Shown: piece by piece, positions 37,553 to 46,286 of the stretch | Numbering within the stretch: position 1 is the stretch's first letter | Layout: every line of letters begins with the position of its first letter | Assembly (NCBI GenBank): GCA_964536725.1 | Contig: CAZHYJ010000004.1 | Coordinates: 48,940 to 98,018, forward strand | Origin: an uncultured Gammaproteobacteria bacterium | GTDB taxonomy: Bacteria; Patescibacteriota; Patescibacteriia; Magasanikbacterales; GWA2-37-8 | Reading direction: 5' to 3' | DNA length: 49,079 bases | Translations under genes and position numbers: made by a program | Notes under the pieces: model-generated | The model's input: the letters and a program-made list of their open reading frames with translations, nothing else | Told to the model about the DNA's origin: nothing | Database searches by the model: none

Positions 37553-38619
37553 ATATGTACCATTTTTTTAGTCTGAGAGCTGGTTTTTCAATCAAATACC
37601 ACGAGGCCATTGCGAAAGGTAGAGTGAATACTATTGTTAGAATAATGAGAGAGGGGACGGACAGATATTTGTGAAAATAATGGATAATAGTCTGCCCCAC
37701 AGGGTAGGCGTAAATATATAGTCCGTAAGAGTAATCAACATTTGAAAACCAGGTTAATATTTTCTGTGATAAGGGTGCTCCAGCTAACGATAGAGTGAGG
37801 TATGGCACGACCAATAGTACAAAGTAAAAAGTTGCATTTTTATTTAGATAACTCAAAAAACATACTGCTAGCACGAGTAGTATAGAAATGATAGGTCTGA
37901 AGCTTAAATATTTTCGCAGTTCAAGACCTAAGGCTCCAGAGAAAAACAGCGCGCCAAAAAGTAGTAATTGTCGTGAGTCTAAATTTAAAAAATTAATGAC
38001 TTGAAATATTTGGTATCGGCCGATTAAAAACCTCAGCCCCATTAGAAAAACAATTACTAAAGCTGTGCCAAGTATACGGCGTTTTTTTTAGAGGTATCAT
38101 TAAGCAAACCAAAAGAATGTAGCAAGTCCATTCGTAGGGAAGAGTCCAAAGAGGTCCATTAACGCCGGTGCGAGGATTTGTTTTAAACACCCCGGGCAAA
38201 CTGTACTGGGTGTCATACAAGGAAAGCCCGCCGAGTACATAATGATAGGTGCTGGGACGAGTAAAATATTCTTTTAAGGTTGATGTTGATGTGAGTGGTC
38301 CTAACACAAACGTGGCTAAAAAAAGAACCACCGCCAAAGCGGGGAAAATTCTTAAGAATCTTTTCCAAAAAAAAGATTTGATACTGTTGCTGTTCCACAA
38401 ACTGTTGGCCACTAAGAAACCGCTGATAATAAAAAACATAAACACGCCCAAGCGGCTAAAAGATAGTAGTCCGTTGGTAATTTTTGTTAGCCAATCTTTT
38501 TCCGGCAAACCTAATAAGGCGTAGGAGTGAGTGATAATCACTCCAGTTGCCGCCATTAGGCGAAGTAAATTAAAACTGTTTTTGTTTCGAATCAGTAGGA
38601 CGTCTTCAGTTTTTTGCAT
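37551..38619 (-). pseudogene. Acyltransferase_3 (OafA-like O-acyltransferase) frameshifted at an A8 run
   Basis: FNLLRLMAA, FFIISGFL, KRFLRIFP and WTLPYE in one frame; DYSYGLYIYAYP and WYLIEKP in the next; removing one A at 38082-38089 fuses them. Confidence 0.8.
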
Positions 38620-39406
38620 AAGGTACTGGGAAAAGACCTTTAGCTTTGAAACCATCGGTCTTGTCGCCCCCAACTGTCAATTTGGCGAAGAAATTAAATT
38701 TTTCTATACTCTTTAGGTCTTCAGGATCAAAACCAAAGTTTTCTCCCACCTGCTTGGCGGTGCGATTGTCGGGAGTAAAACAAATAATGTGATCAACAAC
38801 ATTAAAAAGCTGTTGTAGCCCGTCGAGTGAATACTGAATAGTGGATTGATCAGAGAGGAGGCACTTGATACCATATTCTTTGTTGACAGCAATGTTTCTG
38901 CCATCATCTACAAAGTTGTGAAATTCGTCGACGAATAGAGAAGCGCCCCTTAGATCATTTTTTAATTTGTAGAATTCTGCCAAGATGTATGTGCCCACTT
39001 CGCGAGCAACGTGATTGCCGATGACTGGGTAACTTAATTTACACAGGATGAATTTTCCGTTTTTAATTTCCAGTAAATCAACTTCTTGTTTGAACTTGTT
39101 AATATTAAATTCCGCGTTACCCTTGGCGACTTCGAACACTATTACATTATCTTTGTTCGCATAAGGCATAACGTCGTTGATAAGGTCGCCAAATGGATCG
39201 ATGAATAATCCACCTCTTGATTTTACTAAATCGGAAATTACCAAACTTTCCACTAGGACACTTTTACCTGTACCACTTCTTCCCAATACATACATGTTTC
39301 CTTTTCTGTCCTCTTGTTCTAAACCAAAAGTTTCTCCCGATTCTAAAACCCCGATTGCCATAGCATCATCCGTTAAAACGTCACCTATTATTTTTGGGTT
39401 GACCAT
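38606..39406 (-). CDS. Compact HerA/VirD4(TrwB)-like P-loop ATPase
   Basis: GRSGTGKS, FIDPFGD, LFVDEFHNF; only 266 aa. Confidence 0.65.
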   Translation of the reverse strand: MVNPKIIGDVLTDDAMAIGVLESGETFGLEQEDRKGNMYVLGRSGTGKSVLVESLVISDLVKSRGGLFIDPFGDLINDVMPYANKDNVIVFEVAKGNAEFNINKFKQEVDLLEIKNGKFILCKLSYPVIGNHVAREVGTYILAEFYKLKNDLRGASLFVDEFHNFVDDGRNIAVNKEYGIKCLLSDQSTIQYSLDGLQQLFNVVDHIICFTPDNRTAKQVGENFGFDPEDLKSIEKFNFFAKLTVGGDKTDGFKAKGLFPVPYAKN

Positions 39407-39461
39407 ATGTTTTATATTAAATTAGTTAATTATTAATAATATTGTAAACCTGTTCTTTTGG

Positions 39462-39701
39462 TTAGTCGATTAATTTTATTTTCTCCTCCCGTGTTAGTTT
39501 TTTTATTTTACTTTCCGCTTTCGATGCCAGCGACCGGTTGCGGAACTTTTTAGAATAAACCAATTTAACCGGTCGGCGGGTACGTGTATATTTCGCGCCA
39601 AGTTCGGAAGTATTGTGTTCGTTTATCCTTCGTTTTAAATCGACGGTGATACCGGTGTACAAAGTCTTATCTACGCACTCCAGGATATACAAATAATACA
39701 T
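39462..39701 (-). CDS. GIY-YIG nuclease family protein
   Basis: YYLYILEC..LYTGIT..RRINEHN..GAKYT..RPVKLVY..AE. Confidence 0.85.
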   Translation of the reverse strand: MYYLYILECVDKTLYTGITVDLKRRINEHNTSELGAKYTRTRRPVKLVYSKKFRNRSLASKAESKIKKLTREEKIKLID

Positions 39702-39702
39702 A

Positions 39703-40107
39703 TTATTCAATAGTCCTTCGCCCCACCTTTGTTCGTGAGCGCATTATCTTAGATTCAATTCGTCTTAATTTTGAAGCCTTTGTCGGACGAGTTGGTCGGC
39801 GATGTTTTGGTACATGCAAGGCTTTGGTTACTAACGCTTGTAGTCGCGCTATCGCTAGCGCCCGATTTTGAGGCTGAGAGCGCTCTTCTTCAGACATCAC
39901 CACCACCTCATCGGCGTTGTTTATTTTATTCGCCAACTTTATTCGCACTCGCACTTTTTCTTCTGCCGTCAAAATCCGTGAATGGCCCACTGGCCAATGT
40001 ACAATGGTTTTGGTGGAAGTCTTGTTCACATTTTGTCCACCCGCACCAGAAGAGCGAGCAAAACTTACCCGGATTTCGTTTACTGGTATGTGGATAGAAG
40101 AGCTCAT
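39703..40107 (-). CDS. arfB: Alternative ribosome rescue factor B
   Basis: RSSGAGGQNVNK, RSQPQN, basic tail RRPTRPTKASKLRRIESK. Confidence 0.9.
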   Translation of the reverse strand: MSSSIHIPVNEIRVSFARSSGAGGQNVNKTSTKTIVHWPVGHSRILTAEEKVRVRIKLANKINNADEVVVMSEEERSQPQNRALAIARLQALVTKALHVPKHRRPTRPTKASKLRRIESKIMRSRTKVGRRTIE

Positions 40108-40448
40108 ATTGTATGCAACAAACAATCACACGGCTTTTCTTTCAGAATTACTTTTTGTTCGTTTGCGGTATTAATGAATGTTTTTTGACTGCTAGAACCA
40201 ATAGCCAATTTTTTATCTAGGGGAGTGCGGTGTTGGTATCCGCGGCGAGCAAACTCTTTTATTAATTCTTCGTGTCGTAAATACAATGCCTTTTGTTTGC
40301 CGACCCAGCGTAATGTTTCTGGATGTCTAGAGTATCCACCCTTTCCCTTGTGTTTTGTGAGGATATTCCAAAGCCCGTGTAGCTCTCGGTGCTCGGCTAG
40401 CAGATGTTTGTGGCATAAATGTTTCGGATGTATGTCCCACACGCGCAT
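40104..40448 (-). CDS. Pyrimidine-dimer DNA glycosylase (T4 endonuclease V-like) family
   Basis: MRVWD..L..KHLLAEHRELH, GYSRHPE..RW, EFARRGYQH. Confidence 0.7.
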   Translation of the reverse strand: MRVWDIHPKHLCHKHLLAEHRELHGLWNILTKHKGKGGYSRHPETLRWVGKQKALYLRHEELIKEFARRGYQHRTPLDKKLAIGSSSQKTFINTANEQKVILKEKPCDCLLHTI

Positions 40449-40464
40449 ATATACCAGGTTAAGA

Positions 40465-40974
40465 CTACATTACTTTATCTGTCACAGTAACAATTATGCT
40501 TACCACACCAACCTCGTCTCCATCGCCAATTGAAACCGATAGTGTTCGTGTGTCTTTAACAGCTGACACGATAAAACTAGTGCCTAGATTCATTGTATTT
40601 TGGATGTTCCAGCCATCTTTTTTTATTTTTTCGTTGTATAACGTTTGAGCTTCAGCTATACTTTTGTTGGTAGACACTATCACTTGGTAGCCATTGGCAC
40701 CAAAATTTTGCATAGCGGACAGTATTTTTCCGTCTAAGATATACACATCGCTTGGAAACCCATCGGGTAAATTTATTTCACCACCGACTTGGAGCGACCC
40801 TTCCGCGGTCTGGAGATTTATAGCCCCATTATTTAAATCAACCTCGCTGTTACCGCCGAGACTTTTTTCTAAGTCTTTTTCAATTTGTTTTTCTGTCAAG
40901 CTTTCTGTGCCGCAGCCAGATAGGAACAAAGTAAAAAATAAAACCACTATAACCAATTTTGTTTTTTTGAACAT
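40465..40974 (-). CDS. Hypothetical lipoprotein
   Basis: Lipobox LSGC after a hydrophobic signal; LPDGFPSDV. Confidence 0.6.
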   Translation of the reverse strand: MFKKTKLVIVVLFFTLFLSGCGTESLTEKQIEKDLEKSLGGNSEVDLNNGAINLQTAEGSLQVGGEINLPDGFPSDVYILDGKILSAMQNFGANGYQVIVSTNKSIAEAQTLYNEKIKKDGWNIQNTMNLGTSFIVSAVKDTRTLSVSIGDGDEVGVVSIIVTVTDKVM

Positions 40975-40996
40975 ATGAAAATATTTTTATAAATAG

Positions 40997-41464
40997 TTAT
41001 TTATTTTTTAATTTCTCTAATTCGTCTTTAAGTTCCACCATTTTCATCTCTCTTCCTATCATTACTTGATTAATTTTTTCCAATTCAGAAATTTTAACCT
41101 GAAGTTCCCGTTCAACTTTTTTTTGTTCAGTAACATCGCGTATTATACCGACAATAAACTTATTTCCTTGTTCATCGATAAAGCGTGTTTTTTTTGTAAT
41201 GATTATTAAAATTTTTCCATCTTTTCCTGTTAGAGGCTCTTCGCTGATGTTGCTTTTGCCGGAGTCTAACACTGTTTTGTCAACCTCTAAAAAATGGTCC
41301 ATCTGGTCTTTGGGCAAAGATTCTCCAAGAGTTTTTCCCATGATGCTCTCTTTGGTCAATCCTAGCATATCGCATAAAGCATCGTTACAGTAAACAAACT
41401 GAAAACTGTCATTTTTAACAAAGACAGGGTCAGCGATCGAATTTAATATGGCATCGTAGATCAC
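40997..41464 (-). CDS. Stand-alone PAS domain protein with C-terminal coiled coil
   Basis: IADPVFVK..CNDA..GKT, GIIRDVTEQK, REMKMVELK; GTG start. Confidence 0.75.
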   Translation of the reverse strand: MIYDAILNSIADPVFVKNDSFQFVYCNDALCDMLGLTKESIMGKTLGESLPKDQMDHFLEVDKTVLDSGKSNISEEPLTGKDGKILIIITKKTRFIDEQGNKFIVGIIRDVTEQKKVERELQVKISELEKINQVMIGREMKMVELKDELEKLKNK

Positions 41465-41547
41465 ATGCTAAAACAAGGGTTATTAAATAGCTAAATATAG
41501 TATATCACAAATAGCCATATTTTAGTATTTATGTTATTAAATGACCG

Positions 41548-42684
41548 TTATTTTGTTTGCGTCTTTGAATAATTATCCTTCATCCAAATAACTGCCAAAA
41601 AGGTTGAAATTGGCATAGATAAAGCCACGCCAATACTACCAACTAAAGTACGAACAATCTCAGTGGCAATCATTTCATTATTAACAACTTCGCTGAAAGA
41701 GGCCGGTCCGGTTGGGTTAAGATAAAAAAGTAGCAAGAGCGGCAAACTGGCACCGGCATAGGTTAGAAAAAGTGTATTCACTATTGCCCCTAAGTGAGTA
41801 TTACCAACTTCGTAGGCAGATTTATATACTTGTGCGCTGGTAAGATTTGGGTTAGCCTTTTTAATTTGTCTAACCGACTCTACCTGTCCAACAATTACAT
41901 CATCTAGAACACCGACAGTACCAATTAAAATTCCGGTTAAAAGCAGTCCTCTAAAATCTATTGTGCCATTATTCGCACCAAGTAAGAAAGTTGCTTCTTC
42001 TTGCGCTAAGCCAGTGAGACGAGTTAAATGGGTAAAAATCCAAGATAAGATAAAGGTAGCGATTAAAGAAAGAAAAACACTAACTACGGCAATATGTGAT
42101 TTTCTGTTCCAACCCTCGGTCAAATAAATAATAATGGCCAAAATTATCAAGGCACCTAATACACCAACCACTAATGGACTACTGCCACTTATTATTTTTG
42201 GAACAATAAATTTAATGATTACAAAAAAACTTATTACTAAACTTATCAAAGACTTAACACCTTTCTTTTTTCCAATAATTATGATGACAACGGCAAAAAT
42301 TAACGCTAACCAGAATAAATAGCCACTGCGGACTAAGTCAACGATATAGTAATCGGTTGCACCATCAATATTTTTTACCTCGCTAACCATAACTTTATCT
42401 CCAACTTTGTAAATATTAGCACTAGCGACATCGATTTCAGAAATTCCAAGGTGCTCAATTTCTTTGTTTTTCCATTCTTTTTCCAGTCCTCGTAAAAGTA
42501 AGTTTTGTTGTAGTGCTTTTGATCCGTCTTCTCGTTCTATTGTTTTTTCTTCTGTAATTTTTATCACTTTGGCTTTAAAAACACGATCATTGGCTGGTTG
42601 TAAATTAACATTTTCTTGAGCGCAAACCAGAATTGGAAAAAATAGTAAAAAAGAAAAGATTGTTATGGTTATTTTTCTCATCAT
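41548..42684 (-). CDS. YibE/F family membrane protein
   Basis: GVLDDV, SAYEVG..HLGAIVNTLFLTYAG, EIVRTL. Confidence 0.85.
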   Translation of the reverse strand: MMRKITITIFSFLLFFPILVCAQENVNLQPANDRVFKAKVIKITEEKTIEREDGSKALQQNLLLRGLEKEWKNKEIEHLGISEIDVASANIYKVGDKVMVSEVKNIDGATDYYIVDLVRSGYLFWLALIFAVVIIIIGKKKGVKSLISLVISFFVIIKFIVPKIISGSSPLVVGVLGALIILAIIIYLTEGWNRKSHIAVVSVFLSLIATFILSWIFTHLTRLTGLAQEEATFLLGANNGTIDFRGLLLTGILIGTVGVLDDVIVGQVESVRQIKKANPNLTSAQVYKSAYEVGNTHLGAIVNTLFLTYAGASLPLLLLFYLNPTGPASFSEVVNNEMIATEIVRTLVGSIGVALSMPISTFLAVIWMKDNYSKTQTK

Positions 42685-42686
42685 AT

Positions 42687-43484
42687 TTAGTGTAATAAAT
42701 ATAAACTAAAAGCCATTAAAGCCATACCGCAAATTAAACCAAATAAACTCGTGTGTCCACCATATCTTCTAGCAGTGGGTAATAATTCATCAAAAGATAT
42801 ATACACCATAATCCCGGCTACAATGGCAAGTATAATACCCAAGACATTGTTATTGATAAAGGGAAGTAAAATAAAGTATGTCAACAAAGCCCCGACTGGC
42901 TCTGCTAAACCAGCGAGCAAGGCATATAAAATACTTTTCTTTTTATTTTTAGTTGCATAATAAATTGGCAAAGCAATACAAAATCCTTCCGGTATATTAT
43001 GAATAGCAATTGCAATCGCTATTGAAATACCAAATACCATGTTGATACTGGCAGTGGTAAAAGTGACTATACCCTCGGGAAAATTATGAATAGCAATAAC
43101 AATGGCAGTAAAAATACCTGTTTTTAACAGCGCCTGTTCAACCCAAAATTGTTGCTTATTTTTTTTGCATTCTAAACTCGGGCAAGCCTCCATTCGATTA
43201 TGGGTGAAGGTGTCAATTAAACCAGCAATTGCCAGACCAACTAAAAACATAGCAATTACCAAACCATTCCAATTATTTTTAGATCCGTCGGTTAATAAAT
43301 GGTTGGATTCTTTTAATAATTCAAAAAAGGAAAGATAAATCATCACACCAGCAGAGAGACCAAGACCAAATGACAAAAATTTGGTACAAGTAGTTTTAAC
43401 CCAAAATATTAAAAAAGCACCGATTACGGTGGAAAGACCGGCTAAAATAGTTAAGATAAAAGCCAAAATTATATTATTTTGCAT
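42687..43484 (-). CDS. zupT: ZIP family zinc transporter ZupT
   Basis: LAGLSTVIG, HNFPEG, AIAIHNIPEG, GLAEPVGA, SFDELLP. Confidence 0.9.
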   Translation of the reverse strand: MQNNIILAFILTILAGLSTVIGAFLIFWVKTTCTKFLSFGLGLSAGVMIYLSFFELLKESNHLLTDGSKNNWNGLVIAMFLVGLAIAGLIDTFTHNRMEACPSLECKKNKQQFWVEQALLKTGIFTAIVIAIHNFPEGIVTFTTASINMVFGISIAIAIAIHNIPEGFCIALPIYYATKNKKKSILYALLAGLAEPVGALLTYFILLPFINNNVLGIILAIVAGIMVYISFDELLPTARRYGGHTSLFGLICGMALMAFSLYLLH

Positions 43485-43515
43485 TTATATTTAATTGGTT
43501 GTTGTTTTAGCAGTC

Positions 43516-43532
43516 TTGTGAACGTGTCTCAA
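43516..43532 (-). promoter_or_regulatory. Candidate Fur/Zur operator overlapping the zupT -35 box
   Basis: TTGTGA-N5-TCTCAA; minus strand reads TTGAGA-17 nt-TAAAAC. Confidence 0.5.
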
Positions 43533-43536
43533 TTTT

Positions 43537-44298
43537 TTAGTGTCCGTGTCCAATTTTTAGTAAAAACATCAAACCCACGCCAGCGAAGAAACAGATAAAG
43601 GCGATTAATGATTTTCCAAAGTTGGATTCTTTGTGTAGTTCTGGAATTAGATCGGATGCAGAAATATAAATAAAACCACCGGCTGTTACCCCGATCAGCA
43701 GAGGCATCACTCCTTGAGCAATATTAATAAGTGCAAACCCGCAGAGCGCTCCTAAAATAGCGGTAACGCCAGAAAGAAAATTGAAGAGCAGTGCTTTGGC
43801 TTTGGAAAATCCGCCATATATAAGCACACCAAAATCAGAAATTTCTTGCGGAATCTCATGAAGAACAACCCCGATTGTGGTGGCTATTCCAAGTTCGGTG
43901 CTTAATGAAAAAGCAGCCACAATAACTACACCGTCTATAAAATTATGTAGCCCATCTCCGATTAAATTTAAATATGTAAATGGGTGAACGGGGCAATCGC
44001 CACTGTTTTTATGACAATGATGCCAGTGCAAAACTCTTTCCAATATAAAAAATAAAGCAAAACCGACAAGTACTGCTAAGGCCACACTATCCACTCCGTG
44101 TTTACCCTCAATACTCTCTATCGCTTCGGGAATTAAGTGTAAGAAAGCACCGCCCATGAGGGAACCGGCTGAAATTGCAACTAAATAAAATAAAATTTTA
44201 TTTAGAAGTTTATCTTTTAAAAACAAAGTTACTATTCCCACGAATGAGATAATACTGACTGAAAAAGTGGCAATAACTGAATAAAATAATACATCCAT
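43537..44298 (-). CDS. Second ZIP family metal transporter
   Basis: HWHHCH loop, GDGLHNFIDG, HEIPQEISDF, SDLIPELH. Confidence 0.9.
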   Translation of the reverse strand: MDVLFYSVIATFSVSIISFVGIVTLFLKDKLLNKILFYLVAISAGSLMGGAFLHLIPEAIESIEGKHGVDSVALAVLVGFALFFILERVLHWHHCHKNSGDCPVHPFTYLNLIGDGLHNFIDGVVIVAAFSLSTELGIATTIGVVLHEIPQEISDFGVLIYGGFSKAKALLFNFLSGVTAILGALCGFALINIAQGVMPLLIGVTAGGFIYISASDLIPELHKESNFGKSLIAFICFFAGVGLMFLLKIGHGH

Positions 44299-44301
44299 AC
44301 A

Positions 44302-44685
44302 TTATTTGCTTAAAACGCATTTATTACATACCCCAGTTAGTGTTAACTGGTGATAGATGCTAGTAAAATTTTTAAAATGTCCAAAGGAGTGTTTGCATTC
44401 TATTTTCTCCATATAACCACATTTTTTACAAATGATATGGTGGTGTGGTTTGTCGGCTGAGCAATATATTTTTTCTTTATCAACAACTTCTGCATTAACT
44501 AAATGTAAATCTTCAAATAAATTTAACGTCCTATACACAGAGGCTCTGTCAAAATGTTTTAATTTTTTATGCAAATCACGGGCAGAAATAGGGGTGTGGT
44601 TGGTGGTTAAAAATTCTAAAACAGCCAAACGGGGTTTGGTTGCTTTATATCCAACTTCTACTAATTTTTGCTTGAGTTTCTCCAT
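44302..44685 (-). CDS. Fur family transcriptional repressor (probably Zur)
   Basis: TKPRLAVL, RASVYRTL, HHHIICKKCG, C-terminal CNKC; start set to ATG 44685. Confidence 0.88.
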   Translation of the reverse strand: MEKLKQKLVEVGYKATKPRLAVLEFLTTNHTPISARDLHKKLKHFDRASVYRTLNLFEDLHLVNAEVVDKEKIYCSADKPHHHIICKKCGYMEKIECKHSFGHFKNFTSIYHQLTLTGVCNKCVLSK

Positions 44686-44695
44686 AACAAAAACA

Positions 44696-44734
44696 TTATA
44701 ACACACTTGCGAATGGTTCGCAAGTGTGTTATAA
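44696..44734. promoter_or_regulatory. Perfect 18-bp palindrome containing the fur promoter and candidate operator
   Basis: TTATAACACACTTGCGAA-tgg-TTCGCAAGTGTGTTATAA; minus strand reads TTGCGA-17 nt-TATAAT. Confidence 0.65.
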
Positions 44735-44770
44735 GTTGGCGGTGTTGGTCGCTAAAGGATATGGGTTAAT

Positions 44771-45122
44771 CTACAGTATCACATTAAAGATATAGCCCAT
44801 TATCATAACCCCAATAAGGGTAATACCAAAGAATGTAGCAAGTAACTGCCAGCGCATTACTTTCTTCAAGATCATCGCTTCGGGAATAGAAATCGTTACA
44901 ATAGCAGTCATAAAGGCTAAAACAGTGCCTAGCGGAACGCCTTTGCCGACCAGAGCCTCCATTACCGGAATAACACTTACAGAATTGGCATAAAGAGGGG
45001 AGCCAAGCAAAGTTGCTAATGGTACTGCCCACCAAGTTTTTGCGGATAGATAATGTTCCACCAAACTTGCTGGAACAAAACCATGTATCAACGCCCCGAT
45101 ACTTACACCTAATATGACATAT
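44771..45122 (-). pseudogene. 3-prime half of a DUF318/ArsP-like permease, truncated by the IS
   Basis: Frame reads PYVILGVSIGALIHGFVP..PLYAN..GVPLGTVLAFM..ISIPE up to the IS end; the N-terminal half is absent on the far side. Confidence 0.8.
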
Positions 45123-46210
45123 GGGGGATGATTAAATTAATTCTGTTGAAAGTAGTATAACAAATTACGCTAAACTAAGAGATTAATTCGCCGTTTTCTG
45201 GGATAATTCTCATGTATGAATACATTACATGAGAAATCGACCTGTTGTCGGGCGAAAATATATAAATTCGGCAACAAACGTAGACAGTGTTCTGGTTGTA
45301 AAAAGACTTGGACGGTGTGGGCTAAAAAGAGAGGTGTCAAACCTTCTCGTCCCCGCCACAACCTTCTTAAAAAGGTTCTGGTGGAAAAACAAAGTTTGTT
45401 CTCGCCAAGGTTGAATCGAATTACCTTGACCGAGGCGGCACGCAGTTTTCGTCTGCGTCGTTCAATGGAGCAGTTTTTAAACAGCAGTGGTTCTAACCAC
45501 ATTCCAGCTGGCAAACTAATTCTACTCATCGATGCCCTTTGGTTTAATTTTAAAAAAGAAAGATGGGCGATGTATCTGCTAACAGTAAGACCAACTGATA
45601 GCGAGCGAGCAACCTTTCTTGATCCCATACTGCTCAGAGGAAAAGAAAACTACGAGGATTGGTCACAGGTGATTGATTCCCTGTCTGTAAGGGTCAAAAA
45701 ACGCATTGTAGCAATGGTTTCTGATGGATTTAGAGGTAGTACTCGGATTGCAGCCAGCCACGATTGGATACTACAACGTTGTCACTTCCACCTGTTCTCA
45801 CAACTGCAGGTGAACCGTGGCCAGTGGAAAAAACTACCTGACTCAAAATTGCGTGAACAGATCTGTGTGACCATGCGAAAAATCCTTGCTACCAAAACAC
45901 ACCTCACAGAATATTTGAACGAATTGATTTCACTACTCAATCGCAAAGACTGTCCACACCGATTACACGCCATTGGTTTAGAGTTAATTCGCCACCACCA
46001 GGAATTTCGTTCCTATCTGAACTTTCCAGAATTAAATTTACCCAACACCACCAACTCAGTGGGATCAATGAACAAAATTATCCGCACTGGTTGCCGACAC
46101 TTGCGAACACCACAATCATTAATTTTAAGGAGCAAATGTTTAATACGTATGCGTAAAACTATCGTCTGTAGACCTAAGATTTTTCAACAGAATTAATTTA
46201 ATCATCCCTC
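45123..46210 (+). mobile_element. Small IS256/Mutator-like insertion sequence (~1.09 kb)
   Basis: TIRs G(G/A)GGGATGATTAAATTAATTCTGTTGAAA at 45123-45151 and 46182-46210 (1 mismatch), flanked by ATAT on both sides. Confidence 0.85.
45216..46196 (+). CDS. IS256-like DDE transposase, possibly inactive
   Basis: N-terminal Cys-rich ribbon, LIDALW, VSDG, QRCHFH, TTNSVGSMN. Confidence 0.75.
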   Translation: MNTLHEKSTCCRAKIYKFGNKRRQCSGCKKTWTVWAKKRGVKPSRPRHNLLKKVLVEKQSLFSPRLNRITLTEAARSFRLRRSMEQFLNSSGSNHIPAGKLILLIDALWFNFKKERWAMYLLTVRPTDSERATFLDPILLRGKENYEDWSQVIDSLSVRVKKRIVAMVSDGFRGSTRIAASHDWILQRCHFHLFSQLQVNRGQWKKLPDSKLREQICVTMRKILATKTHLTEYLNELISLLNRKDCPHRLHAIGLELIRHHQEFRSYLNFPELNLPNTTNSVGSMNKIIRTGCRHLRTPQSLILRSKCLIRMRKTIVCRPKIFQQN

Positions 46211-46286
46211 ATATATTAAATATTATCCCAATTAACAGGAATTAACTGGGGTTATTAAGTGATTAAACATAGTATACCATAAATAA

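Noticed and set aside
44696-44734. tRNA-like element suggested by GGTTCG
   Set aside because: It is the centre of a simple palindrome, with no cloverleaf
45170-45628. 152-aa antisense ORF in the IS
   Set aside because: Shadow of the transposase that crosses into the TIR-proximal region, with no recognisable motif
45119-46214. ATAT as a true target-site duplication
   Set aside because: It is palindromic, so it could equally be part of the TIR; it is shorter than typical for IS256, and the flanks do not rejoin into one gene
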